A stretch of 64,000 nt of DNA. Source: Penicillus capitatus. Lineage: Eukaryota > Plantae > Chlorophyta. The position numbers and the translations under genes were made by a program. Under the pieces are notes generated by a model, which was not told where the DNA came from, searched no databases, and saw nothing but the letters and a program-made list of their open reading frames with translations. Positions 63,311 through 64,000 of this stretch are shown piece by piece. Numbering within the stretch: position 1 is the first letter of the stretch; each line of letters begins with the position of its first letter. Location: NCBI GenBank assembly GCA_965649825.1, contig OZ287703.1, positions 863,722 to 927,721 of the forward strand. Reading direction: 5' to 3'.

Positions 63311-64000
63311 ATATATATAAGATTGCGTGCTTTTACAACTCCTTTTTGAGAAGATCAGGAGTGCGTCGAAACATTAAGTGTAGCAAACAATATTCAGGCG
63401 TCCAAACAGAATAGACCGGCCGACATGAATGAAATGGTGGTTCAGGTAGTTTCTCGTGGTGCACTGGGGAACCGAGCGAACGGTCGGATGGGCAGTACCA
63501 TGTAGTCCAGGGTAGCAAACGCGGCCTTGTGGTCTCCAAACAGTTGTTCGTGGAGAGTCTTCGAAACGAAGACTTTCAGGTTCTTACTCGGTGTCCATTC
63601 CGGGAGGGGTTGTCCTGTAGCGTCTCGTTTTCTGCGATTCAATCGATGCGGGGCTGCAAAATGCGATTCTTCGATTTCTGTTACCGGCAACTTCCAGCGG
63701 GATGCGTTCTGTTCAGCGATGGCGGAGATGGCCGCTTCAGGGTCGATGTCCAGGTCGACATTGCTGATGACCACTGGGACCTTGTCTTTGGTGGGCGAGA
63801 GATACGGGTTGTTGACCGTGAACGTTCCAATGTCATCCAATTCCAGATCCCATGAGTCGCCTGCACATTCCAGACATCGGTCGAGCGATCTCTCGAAAGA
63901 CTTGAGCAGTTCGGCTCGGATTTGCACATAGTAACGTCCGCCGTGATCAGATCGGATGTCTTCTACATATTCCTTCAGGTTCTCGATCTTTAGCGTGCGC
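63311..64000 (-). mobile_element. Second, diverged copy of the ORF1-only retroelement (3' part; runs off the window end)
   Basis: Open frame from the window edge to the stop at 63442, about 80% aa identical to 2493-3908 by hand count over 161 aa; stop at the homologous codon; ~125-nt 3' UTR with TGTAA (63333-63337) and a similar terminus. Confidence 0.85.

Overview
Gene-dense eukaryotic DNA from a photosynthetic green alga (Chlorophyta; possibly a siphonous ulvophyte, which is inference). Support: nuclear-encoded plastid genes psaN, SBPase, cpFtsY and cysteine synthase; many ~45-60 nt GT-AG introns; TGTAA poly(A)-type signals; standard genetic code. Housekeeping core: tRNase Z-like gene, cysteine synthase, cpFtsY, ABCC transporter, SBPase, class V aminotransferase-like gene, psaN, a beta-helix/Cys-rich/multi-TM receptor-like gene and a second ABCC. 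Accessory part: a three-gene module (serine carboxypeptidase, DUF1036-like, F-box/LRR) present twice in inverted orientation, and two ubiquitin-chain/Cys-rich fusion genes in a tandem duplication. Main result: a set of non-autonomous mobile elements whose ends can be read from the sequence. (1) A 1.6-kb retroelement encoding only a LINE ORF1/gag-like protein, with a 14-bp TSD, that splits an F-box/LRR gene; a second, diverged, open copy lies at the right edge with the same stop position and 3' end. (2) A 5'-truncated I/Tad-group LINE whose 3' tail resembles that of the ORF1-only element and which sits exactly at the junction of a 3.4/4.0-kb duplication. (3) A 211-bp TAA-TSD MITE inside that LINE RT. 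(4) A 1054-bp TRIM-like element with identical 206-bp LTRs splitting the receptor-like gene. An AT-rich, decayed ~3-kb island (46-49.3 kb) remains unidentified. Gene models were spliced by hand; several 5' ends are approximate and family names rest on motif recognition, not database searches.
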